Below are positions 50,931-61,568 of a stretch of DNA of 64,000 bases, piece by piece. Each line of letters begins with the position of its first letter. Position 1 is the first letter of the stretch. This stretch comes from Escherichia phage vB_EcoM-Pr103Blw: sequence record MW481326.1, one strand, 5' to 3'. A program made the translations under genes and the position numbers. Below the pieces are notes generated by a model. It ran no database searches. It was given only the letters and a program-made list of their open reading frames with translations, and was not told the origin of the DNA.

Positions 50931-51743
50931 ATGAATACTACTGTAGACCAGATGCTTGAAGAAAAAGGTATTGACGAAGCTTTCTTAATCAATGCCGTAG
51001 AAAGCATGGCTATGATTCTTCGTGGAAACAACTACACAGAACAGTTTATGCCTGCAAGCTATAACCTGCCTAAAGACAAGTCTGATAACGGTGCTTTTGC
51101 AGAACAGGTTAATATGATGCTGTGTGACAAAACACTTGCTTTAGCATCTATTGTTGTAGGTGTTGATGCTCTTGCAGAGTTCATTTTTTATGAGATGCAG
51201 AAAAATGACTATATTGCCATGACCTCTGAAGAAAAAGACTCGCTATTGCTCTTAGATAATAATGAGCTAGTTGACCTGTTAATTTCGTCAACGAGTGCTG
51301 TTATGGCTGCTCTTGAGAAGCGCATGGAAGAGAAGCTGTCACGATATGAAAAACTTGATTGGGGTGTAGAAGAGTTAAACCCACGAATCAAAGAGATTAT
51401 CCAGCAAACTAAAGATTCTTTAGAAGAAGCTGTGAAAGATGATTCTGTAGCTGATGTAGAACCACTACAGGTGAAGGTTGCTCTGATGATTCCAGCTATT
51501 TCTACAATGATGAATATCGTTGCACTAATCCAACTTTCTCAGATGTTGGGAGTAACCATTGAGTTCGTTGAGGAAATGACTGGCGGTGTGAGTATGCAAG
51601 CAATCAATGATGTTTTGGTAAGCATCGGTGCTTCAATCATTGAAGAGAAGCTTCGCATTAACTTCGGTGATGATTTTGTTAAGCAAATCTCAGCTATGGC
51701 TGAAAAAGAACACTCACAGATTAATACTAACCAACTGCACTGA
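50931..51743 (+). CDS. hypothetical protein
   Basis: 270-aa acidic ORF. Confidence 0.45.
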   Translation: MNTTVDQMLEEKGIDEAFLINAVESMAMILRGNNYTEQFMPASYNLPKDKSDNGAFAEQVNMMLCDKTLALASIVVGVDALAEFIFYEMQKNDYIAMTSEEKDSLLLLDNNELVDLLISSTSAVMAALEKRMEEKLSRYEKLDWGVEELNPRIKEIIQQTKDSLEEAVKDDSVADVEPLQVKVALMIPAISTMMNIVALIQLSQMLGVTIEFVEEMTGGVSMQAINDVLVSIGASIIEEKLRINFGDDFVKQISAMAEKEHSQINTNQLH

Positions 51744-51804
51744 GTTTTTATAAATCTTACAAGCCTCCTTAGTTGGGGGCTTTTTAGTAATTAATGGAGA
51801 TAAA

Positions 51805-52548
51805 ATGAGTAATATTATCGCATTTACTGGAAAGGCACGTTCTGGAAAAGACACCTCATGTTCTATTGTGAAGAACATCTTAGAGGATGAGTATGGCTAC
51901 AATGTTGCTGTAATGGCCTTTGCAGACAACCTTAAACTATCTGCATCAAAGATATTTGACTTGACTTGGAATGACCTGTACGGTGAAACTAAAGAGACTC
52001 CACAGGTTTTTGACTTATCATATCCTGAACTGATGTTTAAAGTTACGGAAGCTATGGAGTTCACCTTCAGAGATGAACGTTACCATATGGACTTCAAGCT
52101 TATGTCAGAGTTAACCGGACGATTAATCATGGAGCTTAAGAAGGTTGCTAAACCGACTCTATTGACACGTCTGGGGTTTAGCAAAAAGTATAAATTCTCA
52201 TCAAGACAAATTCAACAGATTTGGGGTACTGAAGTTGTCCGTAAGGTAATGGGCGACAAGTTCTGGTCTAAAGACCTTGAAAAAAGAATGGTTAGATTCC
52301 ATGAAATGTGCTCACTTAGAAATCAATATGGTTTTGTCTTAATCAGTGATTTAAGATTTGACTCTGAAGCTGAATGGCTGAGTAGATTTGCACACCAAAC
52401 TATTGAAGTAAAAAGAGACAATGTGGACAAAGTTTCATCACATGTTTCAGAAAATGGGATTTCTACAAAATATGAGCGTGACATTATTCATAATAATGGT
52501 ACTCTTGCAGACCTTGAGAACAAGCTAAGAGCCATCATTAAAGTTTAA
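51805..52548 (+). CDS. deoxynucleoside monophosphate kinase (T4 gp1-like)
   Basis: N-terminal P-loop IAFTGKARSGKDT matches T4 dNMP kinase start (LSGVKRSGKDT). Confidence 0.6.
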   Translation: MSNIIAFTGKARSGKDTSCSIVKNILEDEYGYNVAVMAFADNLKLSASKIFDLTWNDLYGETKETPQVFDLSYPELMFKVTEAMEFTFRDERYHMDFKLMSELTGRLIMELKKVAKPTLLTRLGFSKKYKFSSRQIQQIWGTEVVRKVMGDKFWSKDLEKRMVRFHEMCSLRNQYGFVLISDLRFDSEAEWLSRFAHQTIEVKRDNVDKVSSHVSENGISTKYERDIIHNNGTLADLENKLRAIIKV

Positions 52549-52556
52549 AAGAGAGA

Positions 52557-52757
52557 ATGAAGATGAGAGTAAAAGACAATTTTAAAGTTATTGACCACCG
52601 TTTAGTGGAACTCTCATCTCTTTCCAATGAGGTAATGATTGAACGTCTTAAGAGAGTTGAATCACGAAGGAAAGAGATTGCAGATGAAATTCATGAACTG
52701 GACAAGATTGAAAATGGATTGAAGGCAGAACTACAACGAAGAGGTGCTAATGTCTAA
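52557..52757 (+). CDS. hypothetical coiled-coil protein
   Basis: 66-aa ORF. Confidence 0.35.
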   Translation: MKMRVKDNFKVIDHRLVELSSLSNEVMIERLKRVESRRKEIADEIHELDKIENGLKAELQRRGANV

Positions 52758-54735
52758 AGGTCGTAAATTGAAAGAGGCTGGTCAGTTTATTGGTCATTGT
52801 GCATGTCCACGTTGTGGTTCATCAGATGCTGGTTCAATCTATCATCATGACGATGATTCTTATTCAATGACTTGCTTTAGTTGTAACAAAGGTTTCCCAG
52901 AGTGGGATTTTGATAAAGGACAAATCGTGAGCACTTATTCTACTGGTTCAGACAATAAAAACCGTACTTTCCGTGGAATGGATTTAGACGATGTGAAAGA
53001 AAACCTTGAAGCAATGGACTTAAAGGATAGGAAGATTCCTGCAAAAGTCCTTGAACGCTTAGGTATCAAGGTTGACATTGACAGTGATGGTGAAATTGAT
53101 GCGCACTTCTATCCAACTTACAAACGTAATGAAGATGGTAAGCTAGAACATGTTGGTTACCGTGTTCGTCACCGTTACCCAGAAGACCATCCAAAAGAGC
53201 ACCTACGTGGTAAGCTAAAAGACTTTTCTGGTGGTGTTGGAGACATTAAAGGTGAACTGGCAATGTTCGGTTCATGGATTGCTCCAGAAGGTGGTAACCG
53301 TCTATTCATCTGGGAAGGTGAGATGGAATGTGCGACAGCAATCTATATGACCTCTCTTGCGATTAAAGACAAGTCTCGTCGTAAGAATTACTGTCATGTA
53401 TCTGTTCCGTCAGGTGCAAACATCAAGTCTATCAAAGATAACTATCAGTACATCACATCATTTGATGAGATTTACTTGTGCTTTGATAATGATGAAGCAG
53501 GTGCTAAAGCTACCAAAGAGGCTGCTGGTATCTTACCTATTGAGAAGGTTCGTTTATTCCAGTATCCAGAAGGTGTAAAAGACCTTAATGAATGGTGGAC
53601 AAAGTTCTATAAAGAAAAAGACACAGTTCTTGAAGGGTTTAAGCAGCGTATCTACAACGCACCTCGTTATTGCCCTGCTGGTATCAAGAACTTTGCAGAT
53701 GGTTTTGAGGCAATGAAGAATCGTGGTCAGATTCCTTTGATTCCTTTCCCAGAATCTTTCGGGGATTTGAACAGACTAACTTACGGTGGTTATGGTTTAG
53801 GAGAGATTACAACTCTGGCAGCACCATCTTCAGTAGGTAAATCAGCTTACACTCGTGAGATGATTTATTCAGCTTGGAAGGAAACCGATTACAATATTGG
53901 TGTAATTCCGGTAGAAGATACCTATGAAGAGTTGATGGAGATGCTCTGTGCAATTCACCTGAGCAAACAGATTTCTGAGATTCCTTATGACGAACGTGAT
54001 TGGGATGAATTAAAGGAAGCACACGCAGAACTATCTAAAGGTCGTCGTATCCACATCGTAGACCATCAAGGGGCGATTGACCAAGACAACCTGCTGGAAT
54101 TTGTTGACTATCTTGTTAACAGTTTAGACTGTAAGATTATTATTCTTGACCCTATTACGTTGGCTCTGTCACGTTCAGATACGGATGAAGAGGAAGTTTT
54201 GTCTGAGCTATTGCGTCGTTGCAAACGCTACCAGTATGCACAGGTTAACGTCTGTCACGTTCGTAAGAGTGCAGGTGGTCAGAAAGCTAACTCTGAAGGT
54301 GGAGATATCTCTGAAGAGGATATTAAGGGTTCTGGTGCGTATTTCCAGATTTCCATGAACAACATTCTGTTAATGCGTAACAAGGTTGACCCAGACCCTG
54401 TTAAGAAAAACTTGACAAAAATCAAGTTAACTAAGTGTCGTCGTCATGGTAAGTCAACAGGTATTGCTGGTCATACTTGGTACAATCCAGACACAGGACG
54501 TCTTATCAAAGCTTCTGGGTGTGGTGTTGACATTGATGGCGCAGCAGAAAATATTCGACAACAGTTTGGCATTGGTGAAGCTGAAGACCATTATGATGAC
54601 TCTTTACCTCATTATGAGGATGAAGTGTTTGACCGTGAGACTGGTGAAGTCTATACTGAAGAACAGCGTCAAAGCTCAACGATTCCACCTGTATTAAGTG
54701 AGGATGCAGATGACTGCCCGTTCGAAACTGAGTGA
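52744..54735 (+). CDS. bifunctional DNA primase/helicase (T7 gp4-like)
   Basis: N-terminal zinc ribbon (CPRCGSSDAG ... CFSCN), central primase-like region, C-terminal DnaB-type Walker A (APSSVGKSA). Confidence 0.65.
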   Translation: MLMSKGRKLKEAGQFIGHCACPRCGSSDAGSIYHHDDDSYSMTCFSCNKGFPEWDFDKGQIVSTYSTGSDNKNRTFRGMDLDDVKENLEAMDLKDRKIPAKVLERLGIKVDIDSDGEIDAHFYPTYKRNEDGKLEHVGYRVRHRYPEDHPKEHLRGKLKDFSGGVGDIKGELAMFGSWIAPEGGNRLFIWEGEMECATAIYMTSLAIKDKSRRKNYCHVSVPSGANIKSIKDNYQYITSFDEIYLCFDNDEAGAKATKEAAGILPIEKVRLFQYPEGVKDLNEWWTKFYKEKDTVLEGFKQRIYNAPRYCPAGIKNFADGFEAMKNRGQIPLIPFPESFGDLNRLTYGGYGLGEITTLAAPSSVGKSAYTREMIYSAWKETDYNIGVIPVEDTYEELMEMLCAIHLSKQISEIPYDERDWDELKEAHAELSKGRRIHIVDHQGAIDQDNLLEFVDYLVNSLDCKIIILDPITLALSRSDTDEEEVLSELLRRCKRYQYAQVNVCHVRKSAGGQKANSEGGDISEEDIKGSGAYFQISMNNILLMRNKVDPDPVKKNLTKIKLTKCRRHGKSTGIAGHTWYNPDTGRLIKASGCGVDIDGAAENIRQQFGIGEAEDHYDDSLPHYEDEVFDRETGEVYTEEQRQSSTIPPVLSEDADDCPFETE

Positions 54736-54991
54736 TAGTTACAAAAGAGAGGGGTTCATACCCTTCTTTGAAGAAAAAAGTTTAAATAAATTTCAGGAAG
54801 AGTGTTTGACAAAGGTTGATAGGTTCTATAGAATGCTCCTCATGAAATGCAATGGGGAAGTTGATATAAAAGAAGATTTCTACCAAAGCACGATTACAGT
54901 CATCATTACACTGCCTCAGCATAATATTAGTTGGCTGTTTATCATTAAAGAAAATGTGTTTGAATATCAAGTATATCGGAGAATATCATGA
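54698..54991 (+). CDS. hypothetical protein
   Basis: 97-aa ORF overlapping helicase 3' end. Confidence 0.3.
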   Translation: MRMQMTARSKLSDSYKREGFIPFFEEKSLNKFQEECLTKVDRFYRMLLMKCNGEVDIKEDFYQSTITVIITLPQHNISWLFIIKENVFEYQVYRRIS

Positions 54992-55137
54992 AACACTCTA
55001 AAGCATTTGAAAAAGTTTTTGGGGATTCCTTAAAAGCCACTGCTGGTAAACCAGCAAAATACTATGAAGAGAAGCGTGTAAGAACTGGAAAAACTGCACG
55101 TAAAGCAGCTTCTAAAGATAAGCACAACTTCCAGTAA
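54988..55137 (+). CDS. small basic protein (49 aa, below ORF-track cutoff)
   Basis: ATG at 54988 preceded by GGAGAATATC; peptide MKHSKAFEKVFGDSLKATAGKPAKYYEEKRVRTGKTARKAASKDKHNFQ. Confidence 0.3.
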   Translation: MKHSKAFEKVFGDSLKATAGKPAKYYEEKRVRTGKTARKAASKDKHNFQ

Positions 55138-55209
55138 TTAATGTTTGACAATAGAGTATCAACAAATTAGAATTGGTACTTTTCATAAATTGAGATAGAG
55201 GTTTAAATA

Positions 55210-56067
55210 ATGTCTAAAGTTGTTAAAATGAAAGCTCCGGTAGAGAAGTACAATGGTACTGAACGTCAAACTCTGCGTTACCTTCTGAAAGATGTTTGGT
55301 TTTATTACCTGAACACTTCACCACGTCCGGGAAAAGGCAAATCCATTGATAAGAAATTCCCAGGCAAAGACTGTAACTACAGTGTTTCAATTCTGGCAGA
55401 AGATGGTAACAAACTGTTTAAAGAGTTTACTAAGTCTAAGAAAAACCCAGAAGGTTGGGATAAAGTTACTACTGAAGCAGTTGATGCAGATGACTTCGAA
55501 GAGAAGTTTGGTTGCAAACCACCATTTGAAGCAGACACTTACTACATCTTGAAAGTAAGTCGTGCAGCAGCTTATAAAGATGGTGCTGTGTGGACAGCTA
55601 AACAGTCATTCCCTGTAATGCTGATTGAAGAAGTAAATGGTAAGCGTGTAGCTGTTAAACAGCCGATGAAGAAAATCAAAGCTCAAGCATCTGACAAACA
55701 TGAAGATGACAAGAACTATGATGTAATTCATCCAGATATTGCAGTCGGTAATGGTTCTTTTGGTAGTGTGATTCTTTCTACTCACTTCTACACTTTTGAG
55801 AACAATGTCCTGACAAAACCTATTCAGGAACAGTTTATCATTGACACCCTTGTACCCTACACTGGTGGTAACGGTGCTAACGGTGAACCTGAACTGGATG
55901 AAGACGAACTGGCTATGCTTGGTCTTGATGGTGTTGAAGACAACGGTGAAATCACTGAAGAAGACGCAAAAGACCACAAGCCTTCTAATGATTCTGATGA
56001 TGGTGACGATGAAGACTTGCCAGACCCAGATGACGAAGAAGATGAAGACTTCGATACAGAAGACTAA
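55210..56067 (+). CDS. single-stranded DNA-binding protein-like with acidic C-terminal tail
   Basis: 285-aa ORF ending in DDGDDEDLPDPDDEEDEDFDTED, as in T7 gp2.5/T4 gp32-type SSBs; placed among replication genes. Confidence 0.45.
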   Translation: MSKVVKMKAPVEKYNGTERQTLRYLLKDVWFYYLNTSPRPGKGKSIDKKFPGKDCNYSVSILAEDGNKLFKEFTKSKKNPEGWDKVTTEAVDADDFEEKFGCKPPFEADTYYILKVSRAAAYKDGAVWTAKQSFPVMLIEEVNGKRVAVKQPMKKIKAQASDKHEDDKNYDVIHPDIAVGNGSFGSVILSTHFYTFENNVLTKPIQEQFIIDTLVPYTGGNGANGEPELDEDELAMLGLDGVEDNGEITEEDAKDHKPSNDSDDGDDEDLPDPDDEEDEDFDTED

Positions 56068-56129
56068 TCTTTAAAAGTTACTTTAAAGCCCTGTACTTAG
56101 TATGGGGCTTTTTCATATGGAGAGTCACA

Positions 56130-57170
56130 ATGGAGAAGTACACGCTAACAAAACTTCCCGATTCAGTTACACATGTCTTTATTGACTCTGACAGTATTGC
56201 CTATAAAGGTGCTTGTGTAGTTGAGAAAGCAAAATATAAGTATGTCAATAAACTAACAGCAGAAGAATCTGAACCATTTGATAATGCAAAAGATGCGGCA
56301 AGATGGTTAGCAGACCAGAGAATCCTTGTGGAAGAACTTGGCCTGACATTTGATGAAGATGAATGGGAAAGACAGACTTGGAAAGAAGCTAAGAGTGAAA
56401 AAGAAGCTATCATGGCTACTCAGCAGGTTCTTCAGGAATGGCTTAAGGTTGTTGGTAAAGAGAGAACTTGGGTAGGTTACTTAACAGAGAAGGGTGTACA
56501 TAAACATAAAGACATTAAAGGTCTTGAGCACCAATATCAAGGTAACCGTAAAGAGGCTGTCACACCAACACACTTGGTTGCTTGTCGTGAATATCTTCTG
56601 TCAAGACCAGAGTTTAAACTCTTAAAGGGTGGCTTCGAAGCCGATTCCATCGTAATTGCTAAAGCTGAAAAGATGGGTAAGAAGGCTGCTCTTATGAGTA
56701 TTGACAAAGACCTTCGACAAGCTGAAGGTACTTATTGTATTGATATGACTTATGAAAAGTCACCACTAATTTTTATTGCTGACAATAATGTTGGTGATAT
56801 CTGGGATTGTCCTATCAAATCAAAACCAAAAGCTGCAAAAACAGTTGGTGTAGGTTTTAAATTTTTGTGTTATCAGGCTGTTGCTGGAGATAATGCAGAC
56901 AACTACTTCGGCCTTAAAGGTGCTGGAAAAGTAGCTGTGATGAATGCTTTAGATGGTAAAGAGACTTATAAAGAGTGCCTTGACGCTATCTATGAACTCT
57001 ATGCTAAAAAAGAGTCTTACACCTATGTGTCATGGGATGGACAGACTGTTACCAAAACACCATTAGAGTTAATGGAACAACATTTCTGGATAGCATATCA
57101 AGAGAGAAATCCAAAAGATAATTTCTCTTTTAAGAAATATAATTGGGAGCCGTGTATGAATGAAGATTAA
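56130..57170 (+). CDS. 5'-3' exonuclease / flap endonuclease-like (putative)
   Basis: N-terminal VFIDSDSIAYKGA resembles FEN/5'-nuclease motif; weak. Confidence 0.35.
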   Translation: MEKYTLTKLPDSVTHVFIDSDSIAYKGACVVEKAKYKYVNKLTAEESEPFDNAKDAARWLADQRILVEELGLTFDEDEWERQTWKEAKSEKEAIMATQQVLQEWLKVVGKERTWVGYLTEKGVHKHKDIKGLEHQYQGNRKEAVTPTHLVACREYLLSRPEFKLLKGGFEADSIVIAKAEKMGKKAALMSIDKDLRQAEGTYCIDMTYEKSPLIFIADNNVGDIWDCPIKSKPKAAKTVGVGFKFLCYQAVAGDNADNYFGLKGAGKVAVMNALDGKETYKECLDAIYELYAKKESYTYVSWDGQTVTKTPLELMEQHFWIAYQERNPKDNFSFKKYNWEPCMNED

Positions 57171-57657
57171 AGGATTTGGCAATTGTCCTACCTATGGTCA
57201 TTGGGTATCTTTATGTGGGGAAGTTGACCCCACTAAACATTTTGGTTTTGTCTATTTAGTATACTGTAAGAAAACCGGACAATATTATATCGGAAAGAAA
57301 CAGCTTAATAGTGTGACCAAAAGAAAAGTTGCTGGCAAGACTCGGAAGAAGGTAGTCACTAAGGAAAGTGATTGGATGACTTATGAGACTTCCTCTGAGT
57401 ATATTAAAAAGGATATTGAGAGCTTTGGAAAAGAATTTTTTGACTTTTACATTATTCAAACCTACTACACAAAAGGTGGTCTAGTTTATGGTGAAGCAAA
57501 CCTTCAACATAAATTCGATGTAATGACAAAAAGGATTGACTCTAAGCTCAGACTCTTCTACAATGCCAATATTGCAGCAATTAAGTTTATTACTAAAGAA
57601 ACTTATGAAGATGCTGAAAAAAGAATCCATAAGGTAATGAAAGCAAATTGTGCTTGA
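57160..57657 (+). CDS. GIY-YIG nuclease-domain protein
   Basis: GFVYLVYCKKTGQYYIGKK contains the spaced (G)VY ... YIG signature. Confidence 0.5.
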   Translation: MKIKGFGNCPTYGHWVSLCGEVDPTKHFGFVYLVYCKKTGQYYIGKKQLNSVTKRKVAGKTRKKVVTKESDWMTYETSSEYIKKDIESFGKEFFDFYIIQTYYTKGGLVYGEANLQHKFDVMTKRIDSKLRLFYNANIAAIKFITKETYEDAEKRIHKVMKANCA

Positions 57658-57663
57658 TAACTA

Positions 57664-57927
57664 TTGAGAGAGAATAAAATGTTTAACAAAAGTAAAGCTG
57701 TGAGTCATGTAGCAAAAGTTGACAGCAAGATTGAAGAACTTGAGCGCATTCTTGCAAATGCCAGAGAGTCAATAATTAAAGAGGTTGAAGCTGTTGAATC
57801 TCAAATGCAGCACCTAATGCTTAAACGTCAAGAGCTACGTGAGCATCTGGAATATATTGAAACACGAGAGCTAAAGGTTAACAGATATTTTAAGGAGTCC
57901 AAATGTTTAACTCAAGAGAATCAGTAA
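57664..57927 (+). CDS. hypothetical coiled-coil protein
   Basis: 87-aa ORF. Confidence 0.4.
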   Translation: MRENKMFNKSKAVSHVAKVDSKIEELERILANARESIIKEVEAVESQMQHLMLKRQELREHLEYIETRELKVNRYFKESKCLTQENQ

Positions 57928-58658
57928 AAAACTGGAATCTTCGTTGTGGAAAAACTCAAAAGCAACCTTACAGTGATGAGTATTGGGAATCTTTGAAATC
58001 TCAATCTCTATGTATGCTTGAAGAAGCAAAAGAGCTTGTAAAAGCAATTGAAGAGAAAGACCCCATTGAGACACTTGATGCTCAGGCAGATTTGCAATAT
58101 GTTCTTGACGGTTTGATTTATCTGTCACAACATGACCATAATGGTGCTATGGAAGCTGTTTGCCATAATAATGACCTGAAGTACACAGATGACTATGAAG
58201 AAGCTTTGAAACGTCTTGCAGATATTGAGAAGCGTACTGGTCAAGAATGTATCATCAGAATGTCAGTAGTTGATGGTAAAGAGTGGTATGCAATTGTTCG
58301 TGCAGCAGATGGGAAGATTATGAAGCAGTCTAATCTCCCTAAAGTGCAGCTTGGTGAATACATTGTAGAACTTGAAAGCCAAGAACTTTTTGTGGTAGTA
58401 TCTGAGACATGCGTTATCTGCAAAGGTATTGTAGGTAGCTTAAAGGATTTGGGTGTAGATGGTTTTGTAGAAGTTAATCCAATTACCTCTAAAGCAGATA
58501 AAGATTTCTGTAAAGAGAATGGACTATGGATTGCAGATATTGTCTACTATGATGGTGAGGAGTTCCATGTAACCTCATACCCGAAACTGAATTATGATGC
58601 TAATAACCTGAAGTGCTGGTTAAAAGGGGTTGGTTATAATGGATTCACAGAACATTAA
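57903..58658 (+). CDS. hypothetical protein (possible MazG-like N-terminal helical domain)
   Basis: 251-aa ORF; N-terminal EEAKELVKAIEE ... DLQYVLDGLIYL weakly reminiscent of all-alpha NTP pyrophosphohydrolases. Confidence 0.35.
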   Translation: MFNSRESVKNWNLRCGKTQKQPYSDEYWESLKSQSLCMLEEAKELVKAIEEKDPIETLDAQADLQYVLDGLIYLSQHDHNGAMEAVCHNNDLKYTDDYEEALKRLADIEKRTGQECIIRMSVVDGKEWYAIVRAADGKIMKQSNLPKVQLGEYIVELESQELFVVVSETCVICKGIVGSLKDLGVDGFVEVNPITSKADKDFCKENGLWIADIVYYDGEEFHVTSYPKLNYDANNLKCWLKGVGYNGFTEH

Positions 58659-58962
58659 TAAAGAAGGTGTGGCTCAGAAGAGCCACTTCTCAAACTACAA
58701 TATCTCTATGACGGTGTTTATGAATGACCCGTTACTTGAGAAGTATGGTGAGACTCCAGATACACTTCTGGATAATGAACAAGTTTTAAAAGCAGTTCTG
58801 TACAAATACGGGATTGATATTGAGAAAGAGTATTCTTTTGAAATCTGTCAACACAGGAATACTTTTGGTAAAGTTGTAATGGCTCCACTCTTCATGGGTG
58901 TAGAAAGAACTGACTATGGTTGGCTATATCTAAAAAGAAACTTGGAGAAATACCGTGTCTAA
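58630..58962 (+). CDS. hypothetical protein
   Basis: 110-aa ORF. Confidence 0.4.
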   Translation: MVIMDSQNINKEGVAQKSHFSNYNISMTVFMNDPLLEKYGETPDTLLDNEQVLKAVLYKYGIDIEKEYSFEICQHRNTFGKVVMAPLFMGVERTDYGWLYLKRNLEKYRV

Positions 58963-59287
58963 AGCAAAAAAGTTATCTTATGATGACATTATCTCAGGTG
59001 CTAAATTAGGTGTTGATAGTATCGGACAAGATGTTAAGCACGGAGACACAGTTATGTACTGTGACGACCGAAGAGGCAGAAGTGCAATCTTGTTTGGAAG
59101 AGTTGTTTGCAAGATGCGAGGTAATTACGTTGTTGAAGACATGAATGTGGATGTCACAAAACAGCTTGAAATAATTATGAATAGTAATATATCATGGTTC
59201 GTCAATTGTATGCACACTTCGTCAGTCACAAAGGTAAGTGATAAGTTTTACGATATGTGGCAGAATGAGCAAATTTTCAAGATTTAA
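58955..59287 (+). CDS. hypothetical protein
   Basis: 110-aa ORF. Confidence 0.4.
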   Translation: MSKAKKLSYDDIISGAKLGVDSIGQDVKHGDTVMYCDDRRGRSAILFGRVVCKMRGNYVVEDMNVDVTKQLEIIMNSNISWFVNCMHTSSVTKVSDKFYDMWQNEQIFKI

Positions 59288-59292
59288 ACTAG

Positions 59293-59312
59293 GGAGCCTC
59301 TTCGGAGGCTCT
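59293..59312 (+). promoter_or_regulatory. GC hairpin with UUCG tetraloop (GGAGCCTC-TTCG-GAGGCTC) upstream of nrdA
   Basis: Perfect stem; weak T-run, so attenuator or processing site rather than strong terminator. Confidence 0.45.
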
Positions 59313-59333
59313 TCTCATCTGTAGGATTCAAAA

Positions 59334-61568
59334 ATGATTAAGACAATTAAAAAATCAAACGGTACAGTAGTAAGCTTTGACCCAGAAAGACTGAATAAGT
59401 GGGCATCATGGGCAGATAAGCGTGGAATTATCTGGTCAGAAGTCACTATGGAAGCTATGAAGCGTGTCTATGAAGGTTGCACTACAAAAGAGATGCACCA
59501 AGCTATGATTGATGTTTGTGTTGATAAACAAACTCAAGAGTACTCAGACATGGCTGGACGGCTACTTCTGGGTATTATCTACAAAGAAGCCTTTGGAGGC
59601 TTTACTAAGGTTCCTACGCTGGTTACCTTCGTTAAAAATATGGAGAGAGCAGGGCTTTGGGAGAAGATGGACTATTCTCAGGAAGAGCTTGAATATCTGC
59701 AAGGGTACATTGTGCACTCAAAAGATATCTCTTACGGTTATGCAGTCCTGAAACAGTTCAGAGACAAGTATGGTATCCGTGATATTAAAACGGGAAGACT
59801 TTTTGAGTCACCACAATTTATGTTTATGGGTATGGCTATGAAAGCCTTCGAGAAGCAACCAAAGCACCGCAGACTGCAAGATGTGATTAAGCTGTACACT
59901 TACCTGTCTGACCTGAAGATTAATGCTCCTACGCCTTATCTGAATGGTTTACGTGCTACTAAGTCAGGTTATGCGTCATGCTGTTTGATTAAGGCAAATG
60001 ATACTGCTGAGTCACTTGGTATTGCTGCAAAGGTTGCTTATGATATGACTACGAAGCAAGCTGGTATTGGTATGCTGATGGAGACTCGCACTATTGGTGA
60101 TGGTATCCGTCAAAATACTATTGAGCACATGGGTAAACTGCCTTATTACAAGCTTGTACGTTCATCTGTAGAGGCAAATAAACAGAAGAGTCGTGGTGGT
60201 TCAGCTAACAACTTCTACACCGCTCTAGACCCGCAGATTGAAGATTTACTACGTTTGAAGCACCCTACAACGGTTCCTTCTAAACGTATTAATGAGATGG
60301 ACTACTCATTTGGTACAAATGATTATTTCTGGCAGTGTGTTCAATATGATACAGATTGGTTGCTATTCTCTTACAAGGATGCGCCAAAACTTTATGATAT
60401 GTTCTACACCGCATCTGCTGATGAGTTCGCTATGGCAGTTGGTCACGCAGTACACTCTGGTGTTAAGCACAGACGAGTAAAGGCTCGTGAAATTGCTAAA
60501 CTGTTTATCCAGCAGCGTTACGCAACAGGTCGTGTGTATCCATTCTTCACAAATAATGCAAATACACATACACCATTTAAAGAACCTTTGAAGATGTCAA
60601 ATCTTTGTATGGAAATTGTGTTGCCAGTGTACGGCTTTGAGAAAGAGACAGACCTTTACAGAGACGATGCTGTGAAGGAGGATGGTGAGGTAGCTCTTTG
60701 CTTCCTAGCTAGTTTGGTTGCAGGGAGAATTTCAGAAGATGAATACGCTGACGTTGCTTATTATGCTCTTGCAATGGTTGACTCCGTTATTGACCTTATG
60801 GATTATCCGTATCCGTCGATGCGTAACCATGTTCAGAAGCGTCGTTCTGTTGGGATTGGCCTTACAAATGTGGCTCATTACCTTGCGAAGAACTACGTGA
60901 ACTACTCTTCAAGGGCTGGTAAGACAAAGCTTCACGAACTTGCAGAGATGCACTCTTACTATCTGCATGAAGCTTCTCTAAGACTTGCTAAAGAGCGTGG
61001 TGTACCTGAATACATGAAGTTCACTAAGTACCCTGAAGGATGGGTTCCTCCGAAGACAGCTAACAAGAAGATTGATGAGAAGCATGATGCAAAACTAAGA
61101 TATGATTGGGATGACTTAGCACAACGTATCAAAGAAAATGGTGGCATCCGAAACTCTGTACTTGAGGCTTATATGCCTAATGAGAGTTCTTCACTGGCAA
61201 CTAATACGACAAATGGCTTGTACCCAATTCGTGACTTTATTTTAACTAAAAAGTCTGCAACTGGTAACGTACTGTTTATTGTTCCAGATTATGAAGAGTT
61301 GAAGTATGTCTATGAAATTGCTTGGGATATTGACACCTTTGACCTGATTGATTGTTATGCAATTGTCCAAAAGTTCACTGGTCAAGCTATCTCTTCAGAT
61401 TTCTATGTTGACTACGCAAAAGCTAAGAAGGTATCATTGGCTCAAGCTTTGAAGTATATGATTTATGCCAACTCGGTAGGTATGAAAACCATGTACTACC
61501 TTAACAGTCGCATCGGTGTAGGTAAGTCTGCACTGCAAGATGCTTATTGCGAGGGCTGTGGTGTTTAG
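59334..61568 (+). CDS. nrdA: ribonucleotide reductase class Ia large subunit
   Basis: 744 aa; N-terminal ATP-cone-like (IKKSNGTVVSFDPERLNKW); followed by nrdB candidate. Confidence 0.7.
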   Translation: MIKTIKKSNGTVVSFDPERLNKWASWADKRGIIWSEVTMEAMKRVYEGCTTKEMHQAMIDVCVDKQTQEYSDMAGRLLLGIIYKEAFGGFTKVPTLVTFVKNMERAGLWEKMDYSQEELEYLQGYIVHSKDISYGYAVLKQFRDKYGIRDIKTGRLFESPQFMFMGMAMKAFEKQPKHRRLQDVIKLYTYLSDLKINAPTPYLNGLRATKSGYASCCLIKANDTAESLGIAAKVAYDMTTKQAGIGMLMETRTIGDGIRQNTIEHMGKLPYYKLVRSSVEANKQKSRGGSANNFYTALDPQIEDLLRLKHPTTVPSKRINEMDYSFGTNDYFWQCVQYDTDWLLFSYKDAPKLYDMFYTASADEFAMAVGHAVHSGVKHRRVKAREIAKLFIQQRYATGRVYPFFTNNANTHTPFKEPLKMSNLCMEIVLPVYGFEKETDLYRDDAVKEDGEVALCFLASLVAGRISEDEYADVAYYALAMVDSVIDLMDYPYPSMRNHVQKRRSVGIGLTNVAHYLAKNYVNYSSRAGKTKLHELAEMHSYYLHEASLRLAKERGVPEYMKFTKYPEGWVPPKTANKKIDEKHDAKLRYDWDDLAQRIKENGGIRNSVLEAYMPNESSSLATNTTNGLYPIRDFILTKKSATGNVLFIVPDYEELKYVYEIAWDIDTFDLIDCYAIVQKFTGQAISSDFYVDYAKAKKVSLAQALKYMIYANSVGMKTMYYLNSRIGVGKSALQDAYCEGCGV

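Noticed and set aside
47550-61568. Intein or intron insertions in the DNA polymerase, nrdA or terminase genes
   Set aside because: All three ORFs are continuous and of ordinary length for their families (909, 744 and 533 aa); no extra-length segments or split frames.
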